DNA of 63,946 bases, counting the filler, from Sarea resinae (Eukaryota), in the NCBI GenBank assembly GCA_026026165.1. It is 5 parts of 5 records of this genome, joined end to end, with 100 filler letters (N's around TTAATTAATTAA, not from the genome) between each part and the next. Parts side by side here need not be neighbours in the genome. Positions count along the whole stretch, not along the records: positions 1 to 17,883 come from JAPEUD010000134.1; positions 17,984 to 32,429 come from JAPEUD010000135.1; 3 more parts are not named here. One strand, 5' to 3'. Made by a program: the position numbers and the translations under genes. This document shows, in pieces, positions 11,427 to 23,149 of the stretch. The notes beneath the pieces were generated by a model. The model saw only the letters and a program-made list of their open reading frames with translations. It did no database searches and was not told the origin of the DNA. Position 1 is the stretch's first letter. Every line of letters starts with the position of its first letter.

Positions 11427-12357
11427 ATTCAGGTTGCAATTGAAAGGGACTGTGATGCGACGCCTTTAACATCTTCCTCTGACCTGCTTCCCAATTGCTG
11501 GAAAACGTCTCAATTCAGTGGCACCTCATCCATGGATGAAGTTCGTAAATGTCGGTGGTGTTGAAGCTTGCGTTTGCTTCATCTGTGTCCGGCCGTATAG
11601 GCTCACCGCCTTCATCATTGCTTACCTCAGCATTTAATTAGGTACTCCGTAGACCCTGCATGACAGTGATACGCGCGCGCTCCGCGCTGACCCAAAAGAG
11701 CGATTTGTATACCTACTTAGAGCAGCACAGCAATTCATGACTTTGATGCATAGGAGATCTACAACTACTATACTTGCTGCAGTTTTCCTTAGCTTAAGCT
11801 CTACCTCTGTCCTGTTAGTTCATAAATATCGCATTACTATCTGTTGCACCATACATGAAGAGGAAGACTTAAACAATAAAGTACACAGTGGTATTGATTA
11901 GTGATAATCACCTCCGAGCAATCCTGGTTAGTGGACCCCTCATGGGCGCATTATTTACTGATTTTTCAAACAAGGGAGATGGGTTATCCTCTCTGGACCG
12001 CGTGAGTACAGGTCTCCACGGTCAGCCTATAGCTGCTTCATTTCGAGGCACAGAGTTGCTAAGAACCCCCCAAAAATCTGCACTAGGCAGGAATGGGGCG
12101 AATCTTGTGGCAGCTGTTGAGGACATTGAGAAGAAGGCAGAGGAGACAATAAGTACCTTACAGCATCGAGCTTCTCACTCGACATGCAACTGATGGCCTC
12201 TAGTACGGCGCCAAAGCCTCATACTTCAAGATGCAGTCGGCATGTCAAATACCTGCATGTCGCCATAGCTGACTTGGAATTCGGAGGGACCAAATTGCAT
12301 AGATCCTCAAAAGACCTTAACGAAACGAGGGAGGTGCTTACCGCACGTAATGTGTAC

Positions 12358-13867
12358 TTATTCATCTCGTACTATCTCTCCCGACTCAATGAGATCCGCA
12401 AGAAGCCATTCATCAAAGAATGTCTCCTTGCAATCTGCCCTATCCTCTGGCCTCCATTGCAGCATCTTCCTTATGAAAGCCAGGAACTGTTTCTTCTCCT
12501 CACCCTGAAGTCGTAGCTCTGAAGATTCCAGGCTGATATCTGGGATTGCTGCTAACCCTTTCCATTCTCCTGCTCATATGTTAGCGCCGAGTATGGCTAA
12601 TTTGAAAACTCAGGAGCACTTGCCATCTTGGTACCAGAACTTTTCACTCTTCTCTGATCTCTGTAAGAAATCCAGAGGGGGAGGACCCAGAATAGCTACC
12701 ATCTTTGCCAGATGATATGACTCGGAATATTGGTTGTCTTTAGTTTTCGCTACGAAGAGCCGATTTTCCTCGAATAAATCCCATATCTGTTTTGTAAGCT
12801 TAGTCATTTGATGAAGTTGGAAAAAGGTGCAGAATATAGAAGAATTTCAAAATGCATAACAGGATAATTATGTGATGACTTACTACCATCCCAAGACCCT
12901 AGATGTCGACTGGGTAACTCCAAGGCATGCCCAAAATAACTTCCGGTGCCCTATAGACGTCTGGCATGATGAGGTCAATATGCTCTGAACCTCCAAATCT
13001 GGCCTCGCTCAAGTCCGACAAAAGGGGAAGCCCTTTGGACAAAGGCATCGGTCGTGACATGTATATGATGCGGCCGTCTAGCTCTTTCCGCGGGACTGGG
13101 CTCTCAGCCTCATATTGCTCGAATTTGGCGAAGATGGAAGGATCGTCGATGCCCATCAGCATATTGTTGGGTTGGAGATCTTGTACCACATTAACAATTG
13201 GGCTCGTATCTATATTCTTTGACTTACCGGTATGGATGACATGTGCTTCGTGCAAGCATTCAAGGCCAGCTAATATATGCCGAATTGTCTGCCGGATCAG
13301 ATCCACACCGAAGACACCATCTGGAGTCAACTCTCTGAGCTCATCAAAACTGATGCCCAATGGTTGGTGGACGAGGCAGATATGTCTGCCATGTGGCCCT
13401 TCAAGCTCAAAAGACTCCAGCAACTTTCGCACATGAGCACGGCCGCCATGCTCTAATTGGAGGCTGTTGATATGTTTGTAGATCGGGAGTTCGCGGTGGA
13501 CCTTCGAGCTGTTGACATATACTTTCAACGCCACATACCCATTTTCTTCGTGGAGGTCTCGACAGAGCCAGACGGTCGACGCCGAGCCATACCCAAGCTT
13601 TCCGATCACCTTGTACCGGTCGTTGAATACTTGCCCAATCTGGACAGGATAGTAGCGTTCCGCTTTGTAGTCGCGGAGGGTCTCTTCTTCTATGCGACAA
13701 GAGGGATCTATTCTCTCGAATTGCGGTGACGTGGTCATCATCGACGAACCTCTGGTATCATGGGCGAAGAATCGTTTAAAGTTGCAACCAAGTCGCATCA
13801 ATGGACGCTTTGAGATAGCGACACAGCAGGATCGTAGTATGCAGCGTGGGCCCAAAATATGTGCCAT
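12358..13867 (-). pseudogene. SRPK-like Ser/Thr protein kinase with an in-frame amber stop (nonsense allele or pseudogene)
   Basis: YYPVQIG...KLGYGSASTVWL, VALK, HT|DLQPNN (intron-split), YRAPEV and MLQWRPEDR. Subdomain IX reads D-I-TAG-G at 12899-12901 where DIW is expected. Downstream exons stay open to TAA at 12358. Confidence 0.8.
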
Positions 13868-14090
13868 GTTGCGCAGGGGACAATTAGGAAGCCATACAGT
13901 AGGACTGCTAGCTACTTACCGTAGCTATTTGGAGTACTTCGTACTTTGTACGGGTCACCGCCTTCATCATCGCTTCAAAACAACCCAGTCGCTCGCCCGG
14001 GCTCGTCCTAGGCAACGAATGTAAACAACATCATCTCAGCAATTGCCCCGCGGAGTGCAAAGTAAGCTTTGCGCCACTCAAGGGCAGGCA

Positions 14091-17055
14091 ATGGGCATCA
14101 AGGGGTGAGCATAAAGCCTCAAACTCTCGTGCTTTCCATCAATTGACCTCCATACAGCATTTTCGGTGAGATCGGGCCTGGTCAGCGCATTGCACTGTCC
14201 AAACTCGCTGTCGAAACATACGAACGCCTTGGACGGCCACTGCGCGTTGCGGTCGATATATCAATTTGGCAATTCCAGATACAGTCTGGACAAGGTAGCC
14301 TATCCTGCTTTTTGGTTCTTGGTGCCTGCTTTGCAATGACTAACGTTTCTGAATTTACGAAGGCGGCACGAATCCTGCCCTACGAACTCTGTATTACCGT
14401 CTCGTACGCCTCTTGTCTCTTTCTATTCAGCCACTATTCATTTTCGATGGACCCAATAAGCCACCCTTCAAACGAAATGTACGCACGATTCCGAATGCTG
14501 CCTCCTTGCCAAATCTGCGCGCGAAAGAGCTACTCAAGCTCTTCGGATTCCCCTATCGCACTGCGCCCGGCGAGGCCGAAGCTGAATGCGCAATACTTCA
14601 AAAGGACGGCGTGGTTGACGCTGTCCTGAGTGAAGATGTTGATACCCTCATGTTTGGCTGCGGCTTGAGCCTGCGAAACTGGTCGAGTGAGGGCACAAGA
14701 GGCAATAAGAGCCCCACCCATGTCAATCTCTACGACGCAATAGAAATCCGTAATGGCAAGTGGAATCTAGATCGAGATGGAATGGTGCTTGTAGCACTCA
14801 TGAGTGGTGGCGATTATATACCAGCCGGGATCCCCGGATGTGGCATCAAGGTAGCTTGTGAGGCCGCCAAAGCGGGCTTCGGCAGAGAGCTTTGCAAAAT
14901 ACCAAGGGGCGATTCTACCTCACTAAGGCAGTGGAGGGAGAGACTTGGGGATGAACTGAGGACAAATGAAAGCCGCTTTTTTCGCGTCCGACATAAGTCG
15001 TTGAAGATACCCGACAGCTTTCCAGACAGGACCGTGCTAGGGTATTATACCCACCCGGCAATCTCTTCGCCAGAGACAATTCAGAGGCTAAAAGCGGAGC
15101 TGAATTGGGAAGATAGCGTGAACGTTCAAGGCCTGCGCAGATTTGTGGCCGAAGCATTTGAGTGGTCGCATAAAGCAGGAGCGAGAAAATTTATCAGAGG
15201 GCTAGCACCCGCCCTTCTGGTCTCGAAGCTCAAAGCCCGAGCTAACGGGGCAGAAGCAGGATCCGATGATTTAGGAGATATTCAAGAACAGGAGGAAAGA
15301 CTGGTCAAAGTCATATGCGGCAGACGAAGCCATTTCGACACAGATGGCACACCAGAGTTGAGGGTCGGGTTTATCCCTGCAGATATCGTTGGCCTTGACT
15401 TGAATCAAGAAGAATCAGACGACGATCATGAAAAAGTGGGAAGTGCTTCCGAAGCAGAAAGCCTTGTCGCTGAAGTTGATGGTGGCATACGCGACGTCCC
15501 AAGCAGCCCGAGAAAGACACGGCCGGTTGCTGTATATGATCCAAAACAGCTTGAGAAACTCTATGTCTTGGAAACGTACGTCAAGCTTGGAATTCCACTG
15601 ATGGTGGAGGACTGGGAGGAAACGATGCGAAATCCGAAGAAAGGTTTGGTACTGAAGGCTACGACGAAGAAAATGATTCCAAAGGAAGGGGATAATGGGA
15701 CGTTAGATGGATTTTTTAGAGTCAGCAAGCCAGCTGGCTCAAGCCAAGGAGCTGAAAGAGGCGATTGTCTGCATTTCCCTCAATCTATCGAAGCCTACGA
15801 GGATAATACACGGGCGATGATGCCGCCGGCCTCGAGAAGACCACCGAAATCGAAGACTAATACTAGAGCAACAGCCTCTAAAGGCCAGCCTTCCACTCGC
15901 AGAACCAGACAGGACACAAGCACCACGGCAAGCAAAACGAGGAAGCCAACCGAAGTCACTAGACCTGAAATCAACACCCGAAACCCTTGGACTCTCTCGC
16001 AAAGATCTTCAAACGCTCATGATGAACCCAGCCACAGGCCTCCTCCCTCCCCTAGTAAATTCTCAGGAGGTATCAACACCGCGATACCAGCCCTGGACGA
16101 CGATCGGACCGAGCACTCCTCACCTACATCACGTAAGTGCCTCCGACGACGGTCTTCGCGCTCGCGGAGCAGAAGTCTCAGCGACGTACAGACATCCCAG
16201 CGATCTCCCTCAAGAGACCAAGTGCACCACCAGCATCTGTCCCCACGTAGGAGATGTTCGAGCAACACCCCTACACCATCTACAGCTAATACAACAAATA
16301 CCCGTGCATCACAAGCACCCCAGCTCAGGTCACCGACTCGGACACTGCAGCGTGCTCGGCCCAGGCCTGTTGTCTCGGACGCTATAGTCCTATCATCCGA
16401 CTGCGAAGAAGCAGCAGAGGATGCAGAGATCGAAACTGCACATCGCAATCATGACAGCCAGCGATCCGGCCCAGAACCCGAACCTCAGATCTACACTTCT
16501 TCTTCTCGCAGGGAGCCCGACTTAGATATTCCTTCTTCTCCGTCTTCCTTGCTTTCATCCTCGCCGCTGTCGTCACCACCGCCTACCTCACAGTCAGAGG
16601 CGCACGAAGAAGGAGAGGAAAATGAAGAGGAAGAGGAAGTCCCCCTCCCCCTTCCACCCTCAAACAACACACGCAAACATCCTTCAACGAGCCGTTCCCA
16701 GCAGACTCATCCGCCCGCAAACATCGTCCTTTCCTCTTCTCCTGTACCGGACGAAAAACCCGCCCCTCCACCCAGCGGGAACCAAGTGGCAAGGCTCACC
16801 ACCACGACGCGCACAGTCACGCTCCGCAAGAGCATGGAGGGCTGGTGGAAATACGTCGAGGTTGACGTCGATGTCGATGTCGATGTTGACGGTAGCGGGG
16901 ACGGTAACGGTAACGGTAGTGGTTGTGCTAGGGATGGCGATAGTCGTCCTGCTGGCCCTGATGTCGTGGGCGGAAAGACGGGGCGGTTGGGCAAGAAGAC
17001 AACGGTGTTTACGGCGGTCGAGACGCTGGATCTGACGGGTTGTTCTCGGGATTGA
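14091..17055 (+). CDS. YEN1: XPG/Rad2-family nuclease, GEN1/Yen1-type Holliday junction resolvase
   Basis: MGIKG start followed by two short introns; RVAVDISIW, FIFDGP, GEAEAECA, SEDVDTLMFG and GGDY motifs; long disordered C-terminus. Confidence 0.85.
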
Positions 17056-17530
17056 GTTCAGTTGGGTTGAGTTGAATTAGGTGGGTGGGTGGGTGGGTGG
17101 TGTTGTGCATGTCTATTTTGATGTCGAGTCGATGTCGCTGTCTTTTACTTCGGCGGCGGGTTGGGCGTTTTGTCTTATTTGGTCTGGTCTGGTCTGGTAT
17201 TATCTGGCATCATCTGGTTTGAGTCGGTATGATCTAGTTTGACCTGTGTCGATTTGGTCGGGAAAGGGATGGAGAAGGGCAATTTCGGGCAATGGGCCAG
17301 TAAACATTCCACCACAAGGCTTTCTTTCTTTCATACAGGTCAATTTCGAGTCCACCAAGACACATGCCTCTGATCAGTGACGGAATGCAACATGGAGAGA
17401 ATTCTCGTAGATAATTATTTGCTCGTAAATGCTCAAACTTCACTACACTATATACCGGTATGTTCCCCGAAAAACCAGCTCCACCAGCAAAGCAGCAAAG
17501 CAGCAAAGCAGCAAAGCAGCAGAGCACCCA

Positions 17531-17883
17531 CTAGTCAAACCCGGCCCACTCCTCCTCCTCCTCGGCCTCCTTCGAGATGGTCCTCTTCCGGACTTTTTCC
17601 AAGAGGCGCTTCAGCTTGTCCTCGTCCTCCTTCTCGGCCGGCGTCAGCTTCGCCACACGGCTCGCTTCGCGGCGCGCGTGTTTCTTCTCTCGCCGCTCGT
17701 CGCGCTCGGTCTTCTGCGCGGTTTTCTCGCTCCATGCTTCCGAGCGCTTGGGGGGCCGTTTGCGTTTTTTGTCGTTGGTGGTAGTAGTGTCGGGGTTGAG
17801 GGTGCGGCTGCGGCGGTAGGCCTCGAGGTCCTTGAGTCGGGCCGCTTCGCGGGCTCGGTCCTTGTAGGCGTAGGAGTCGAAGT
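17531..17883 (-). CDS. SPB4: C-terminal fragment of DEAD-box RNA helicase Spb4 (truncated by contig end)
   Basis: Translation DSYAYKDRAREAARL...AWSEKTAQKTERDERREKKHARREA...EEEWAGFD* resembles the characteristic Spb4/DDX55 C-terminal extension. Confidence 0.7.
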
Positions 17884-17983
17884 NNNNNNNNNNNNNNNNN
17901 NNNNNNNNNNNNNNNNNNNNNNNNNNNTTAATTAATTAANNNNNNNNNNNNNNNNNNNNNNNNNNNNNNNNNNNNNNNNNNNN
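17884..17983. other. Artificial contig linker
   Basis: N44-TTAATTAATTAA-N44, with stops in all six frames. Confidence 0.99.
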
Positions 17984-18108
17984 ACCCTAACCCTAACCCT
18001 AACCCTAACCCTAACCCTAACCCTAACCCTAACCCTAACCCTAACCCTAACCCTAACCCTAACCCTAACCCTAACCCTAACCCTAACCCTAACCCTAACC
18101 CTAACCCT
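17984..18108 (-). repeat. Telomeric repeat (CCCTAA)n on +, i.e. TTAGGG; chromosome end
   Basis: About 21 perfect CCCTAA units at the very start of the contig. Confidence 0.97.
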
Positions 18109-18421
18109 GAGACGGGGGGTTACCCGGGGATGCCGCGGGGGGTTACCCGAGGACGCCACGGGGGGTTGCGCGAGGGGTTACCTGAGGTTCGCGCGGGGCG
18201 TTACCCAGGGGTGCTGCAGGGGGTTACCTGGGGGTCGCTCAGGGGGTTACCTGGGAATGCCGCGCGGGGTTACCCGGGGATGTCGCGCGGGGTTACCCGG
18301 GGATGCCACGAGGGGTTACCTAGGGGGTTACCTAGTTTTGCCACAGGGGGTTACCCGGGGGGTTGCACGCGGCGGTTACCCAGGGGGTTACCTAGGGATG
18401 CCACAGGGGGTTACCCGGGGC
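18109..18421 (+). repeat. Telomere-adjacent GC-rich satellite with a GGGGTTACC core
   Basis: About 14 GTTACC cores, mostly at 22-23-bp spacing (e.g. GGGGGTTACCCGGGGATGCCGCG). Confidence 0.9.
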
Positions 18422-19769
18422 GCGCTCGCCGGCTCGCTCAGTCGCGCGGTCGCGATGCGGTCGGGGTACAAGTTGAAAGTAGCCCCAACTAAGGTCGAGC
18501 AACCCTAGAGGGTTCAGTGGGCCTGAACAGCCTCAACAGTAGGAGAGAATCGATCAAGTCGCATAGAAAGGTCGCTCCTAGAGGGTCAGAGATCTGGCAG
18601 GCGGTGAAAAAAGCGAGGTTTAGCGACCCTTTTCGAATCGCAATCCTACTTAGCGCAATCCTACTTTCTGCCGGCCGGGCCGGCCAATCAGCGTCGAGCG
18701 GTGAGGCTACGTACCAGGTACGTACCGCGCAATCCAAGTAGGATAGCGACCTGCAATGCGGTTAGGCCATCCAGTGGGCTCGAGCCAGAAAACATTCGGT
18801 CATACGACGAAGAGCCGCATTCTGCGCACGAAGGGAACCATTCTCCGCATGCAACACCGCCAGTGTAGCGCTTTCGTCAATGGCTATGCCATCCTCCCCA
18901 AGCGAAGTGGTCTAATCGTCGTTGGAATCCTCCTCTTTCTTGCGTTTCAAAAGAGGCGTGACTCGGTCCTTGGATGGATAAGCCACTATATCATCGTAAC
19001 TAGCGAATGACTAGGGATGGAGATTCAGTTTCTTAAGCTCGTCCCAGAGCAAACGTCTAAGCACATCCTTATCAAGGCCATCAAACTTCTTCAGGAAGCG
19101 GATATATCTGTCTTGACCCGAACCTGCCTTTCCTAGACATATCTATCTTTATCTTGCCAGTCGACCTTTACCCCATCAAGAGTAAAATCACTGAAAGTGC
19201 GCCAAACCTAAGGGCTTTGATCAGTAACTCGAGAGAAAAGGATAGATGGCTCTCTATACTTCACCACCGCCCACATCTGAGAAGAACGCAATAGCAGCCC
19301 TCTTTGGATATAGGTCATTTTGCCATGACTCTAATTCTCACACCAGCCTTAGGCATATTTGAGGATTCAGTCACGAACGGAAAGGAAGAGATGATTAGAA
19401 GAATGAAGATTTGATGACAGAAATATGATTGGATAGAAGAAGAGATGTCTGGTAGATTTCAGTCGATTTCAGTCGAGGAGAATGTGAGGGAAAGAAGTGG
19501 TGATAGAAAGAAGTGATAGAAAGAAGTGAGGTGAGGTCAGGACAAAGTCAGCGAATGGAAAGAGATGAGTTGAAGAATCAACCGATACTAGGAACCATGC
19601 TTCCACCAGAGACCAAGATTACAGATCACCTTGGCAAATATTCTTACCTAGCCGTTCCGTTGAACCTCGATGTCGCTAGACCTCGCTGCTGCTCGGCTTG
19701 GCTGCTCCTCGACTTTGCCGTTGTCTGTGTCGTTCAAACTCGCTGCTGTTCAACATCGCTACCGCTCGA

Positions 19770-20753
19770 CAGAAATTAAACCGATGCTCCGTTATGCACA
19801 CGATCAGCGTGTGCACTTCGCCGAAGCGATAACGTCGGATCGTCTACGAAGGGAGTTCTATTGGCCTACACGAGTGCAGGACGTGCAATAGTGGTGCCGA
19901 AGCTGCCACAATGTCAAATCGGGTGTGGACCATTGCATCCCAGTGCCCCGATGCATTTTGGGCCCACGGATCTAATAGGAATCGATTATATTGGCCGATC
20001 AATCCTTCTTGTCCGACAATCAGGAATGAATATGTGCTACTAGCTATCGACTACTTCGCGCTGTGCGTCTGGACCAGTGCATAGCCGCTAACAATATACT
20101 CAGATGACGGTGAGATCGGTCGCAATACCTTTGGGAAGTCAGTGTCTCCATCAATTATCGCTTCGTCCGAGTTCATGGATACAGCCTGTCCCGATTGATG
20201 TTTGGATTCGACCCAGTGTTGCCCCATATTGCTATTCCAGAGGACATGGATCCTGATGCCTTCGATACAAGTATCGATGAACGGCCCGCTCACGTGCACG
20301 CCATACATATGGCAATGCGATATGGCAATGCAAGATAAGGATGGAGAGAAAAGCATCGATCGTCTGAACCTCTGTCAGACTCTTATAGCCAACTCCAAGG
20401 CAACAAGGCATCAGTCACCAAAAGAGGGAGGCCTAGTTCTCATCAGAAATATTTCTCATCAGAGATTTCGAAAGAGACAAAGCCCATGGCGGAAGTTGGA
20501 TCGACGATAGCAAGGACCAAAGCTACTAGTCAAAGTCACACATCACAGGCCTAGTGCCCACGTCAAAGACCTTTACGAGGATGGTACGCAGAAGAGGTAT
20601 CATATCGGCGACATGAAAAATTACACCTCAAGAGATGATCAAGACAAACCTAATGAGGAAAACCTTCATGGACTAGGGACCACTGCCAATCGATCTGCTA
20701 TGATCTTCGCTGGATATCAGGATCAGAGAGCTTTCACTCTGAACCAGTGCTGA
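19770..20753 (+). mobile_element. Degenerate Ty3/gypsy integrase
   Basis: HHCC region (AHD..HF...FYWP...WCRSC), core DLIGIDYIG and YVLLAIDYF, C-terminal KLDRR*QGP...RYHIGDMKNY. Broken by stops and frameshifts. Confidence 0.8.
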
Positions 20754-20882
20754 TCAGGACGAGAGACTTGCTTCTGTAGTCTTGCACTACATGCTCTGAT
20801 TGTCATATCAGTCAAAACCTCACCGATTCTATCAGGTCATACCCTCACTACATCTATCGGCACAGCTATCTATCTCGGCACC

Positions 20883-22199
20883 ATGGCTCCTCGTCAATCC
20901 AAAACCGCCAAAATTCACGAGAATGACATCGCTCGTGGGATAGCGCCTTCAAATCCACTTAAGATCGAGGATAGCGTCATAGTGGGAAGCCTCAGGAAAG
21001 ACCCTACTGGACGAAAGCGTTTGGTATACGCGAGTCTTGCCAGAAGCGGTGAGATAAGGCGATACTTCGGACATATCGATGATAACGGAAACCGGCTTGC
21101 ATGGGAAGAAGATCCGGCCTATGCAGCAAACCCAACCAGAAGTTCAATCATTGACATACAAGATATCGACTTCTACCCTGACTCACGTCCTGATCGATTT
21201 GCCAGTATCGCAGAAGAGAAGTTACAGATCTATCGACGACTGCAAATCACTGCTGGATACCCCCTCCCCTTCGACTCCGAAGAACTGATGCTCAGTGCGC
21301 AGCGACAACCACGCAAAGTCAAGGACAAAGGGACTGGCCAACAAGGATCAGACCGCACTTCCGTTCCCAGGGCTTCGCCTATATCTCCTAGGATCAAATC
21401 CGAAACCGGGGAAGCTGTCCAGGAGGACACCAAGCAATTGCTGGGCAAGGGAATCGTCGTTATCTCGGACGACGAAGAGGAAGCGGCAGATATCATCGAT
21501 GAGGGCCGCTTCACCGTCGATGAGAACCGCTTCAATATCGATGCAAGTCGCTTCAATTTCGGATTCCCGTCTACCGCCTCTTCTGCTTCACGATCTATTG
21601 GTCGGCCGTTTATGGCGGAGTCTCCCTTGAAGCCGTCTACGTCTTCTGCTCGACGAGCTATCGGTCAGTCGTTCACAGCGGAGTCTTCCTTTAAGCCGTC
21701 TCCCGCTTCATCTTACAAGCCGTTTACTGCTGGTCTCCCGTCTGCCGTTTCACAATCTCCTGATATCACTGATATCGCTGATATCGCCGAGTCTCCCTAT
21801 AAGTCATCTGGAGGCGCTATCGGTCAACCATCTATCGCTAAATCTTCCTTCAAGCCGTCTACCGTTTCACGGCTTATCGATGCCACGGAGCCTCCTCACA
21901 AGCGGCAAAGACAGCTCATTCCTTCGGGACTACAAGGCACCGCGGTTCCCTCGCTTCAAGTGGAAAACCAAATCTTGAAAGAGCAGGTATTACGATACAA
22001 GGAGGATGGCGATGTGTTTCTTGCCATAGCGAACGATATGCTAGGGACAGACCAGAAAACAGGAGAGATGTTTCGGTTGGGATACGCGTTCGATCGTGCC
22101 GTACAGACCCGACTCGATCACCATGACGACGTTTTCCTCAGCATTCGGCAAGGAGAGCGGATCATCAAAGATGGTATCGATGGGAAGGATGCTCGTTAG
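20883..22199 (+). CDS. Intact 438-aa hypothetical protein downstream of the gypsy integrase
   Basis: Stop-free ORF with a strong start context (GCACCATGG); globular-looking N-terminal ~130 aa, Ser/Pro-rich internal repeats and a C-terminal heptad segment. Confidence 0.7.
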   Translation: MAPRQSKTAKIHENDIARGIAPSNPLKIEDSVIVGSLRKDPTGRKRLVYASLARSGEIRRYFGHIDDNGNRLAWEEDPAYAANPTRSSIIDIQDIDFYPDSRPDRFASIAEEKLQIYRRLQITAGYPLPFDSEELMLSAQRQPRKVKDKGTGQQGSDRTSVPRASPISPRIKSETGEAVQEDTKQLLGKGIVVISDDEEEAADIIDEGRFTVDENRFNIDASRFNFGFPSTASSASRSIGRPFMAESPLKPSTSSARRAIGQSFTAESSFKPSPASSYKPFTAGLPSAVSQSPDITDIADIAESPYKSSGGAIGQPSIAKSSFKPSTVSRLIDATEPPHKRQRQLIPSGLQGTAVPSLQVENQILKEQVLRYKEDGDVFLAIANDMLGTDQKTGEMFRLGYAFDRAVQTRLDHHDDVFLSIRQGERIIKDGIDGKDAR

Positions 22200-22374
22200 G
22201 CCCAAAAAATGGGAACCGGAATGGCTAGGATGGTTTACTTTCAGAGGGGTTATGCTGCTCTACGCTGCCCTCTCTCTCTCTACATTGCTTCGTGTTACTG
22301 TCTTTTCTGGGGGATTACTGGGCTTCTATTGCTGCGATTGGCTTGATCTTTTTTTTTCCGGTGGTCCGAAAATC

Positions 22375-22603
22375 AGAAAATAGGGGATGTCTGTGGGCGG
22401 TTTTCGGCAGTTGTGCAGTTTTTGCAGTTTTCGATGACCAATCAATAGTGCTAAGCAAAGAAAGCGGTAAGCAGCTAATACGGAACTTGCTAGGATGATT
22501 TTTCGTGTTTCCTAGATCATCTGCCTAGCTAGCGAATGACGCCGATCATACCAGTTTTCGCTGCTTGTTATGACTCCTGATTATCGGGTCTTCAGTGCGA
22601 ACA
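22375..22603 (+). mobile_element. Candidate polypurine tract and 3' LTR of the + strand gypsy element
   Basis: AGAAAATAGGGGA (22375-22387) followed by TG...; a segment TGTGGGC...GCGAACA (22392-22603) has TG/CA ends. No second LTR copy is visible in the window. Confidence 0.4.
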
Positions 22604-23149
22604 AATGCGAGTAAAGGCTCGCCAACCGGCCGAGTACCGAATAGATCAGGTCTCATCAATCCCCTTGCCGTTGCAAAATCCTGGGATACACGTAGAACAA
22701 CTTTTGATATGCTCTCTTGTAGCTCACATACCGTGCCATTGCCGGCCGTGTAGGCACCTTCCGCTATTCAGTGTTTGTCCCGGTTCACCTTCCAGGCAGT
22801 GTGGCGTCGCAAGGGAATTGTTTCTCTAGCCTACAGCACTGCAACTCAGTCAACTCTAGTATGGCTGTGTCATAAACAAGGTAGTGACGACTCTCGCCTC
22901 CCCCAAAGAACGGTATTCACCGGTAATTCGAACGTCTATTTCCGCTTCTTACAATTGCACGTTAGTCGCAAGCGTGCCGCTATTTCCCAGGGCGATCAGC
23001 TTGCCTACCTTGGTCATTCTCATCGTATCTCTCGCCGCTTCTCTACTTATCTGATCTATCAAAATCTTGCAACGGGCGTTCTTATGCCAGCTCAGGCCGA
23101 CCGAGGAGGAGTAGTTATATTCTGACAACTGCTAGCTTCTATCACCATG

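Noticed and set aside
17884..17983. Repeated TTAATTAATTAA flanked by Ns (four copies), and the apparent internal telomere next to SPB4
   Set aside because: Artificial concatenation linker; the telomere simply begins a new contig, so there is no chromosome fusion or interstitial telomere.
18109..18421. CRISPR-like appearance of regularly spaced repeats
   Set aside because: Eukaryotic context, cores under 10 bp, spacers related to each other and no cas genes.
17932..18508. ORFs RVRVRV... and GYPG-repeat ORFs
   Set aside because: Translations of the telomere and satellite; no evidence of coding.
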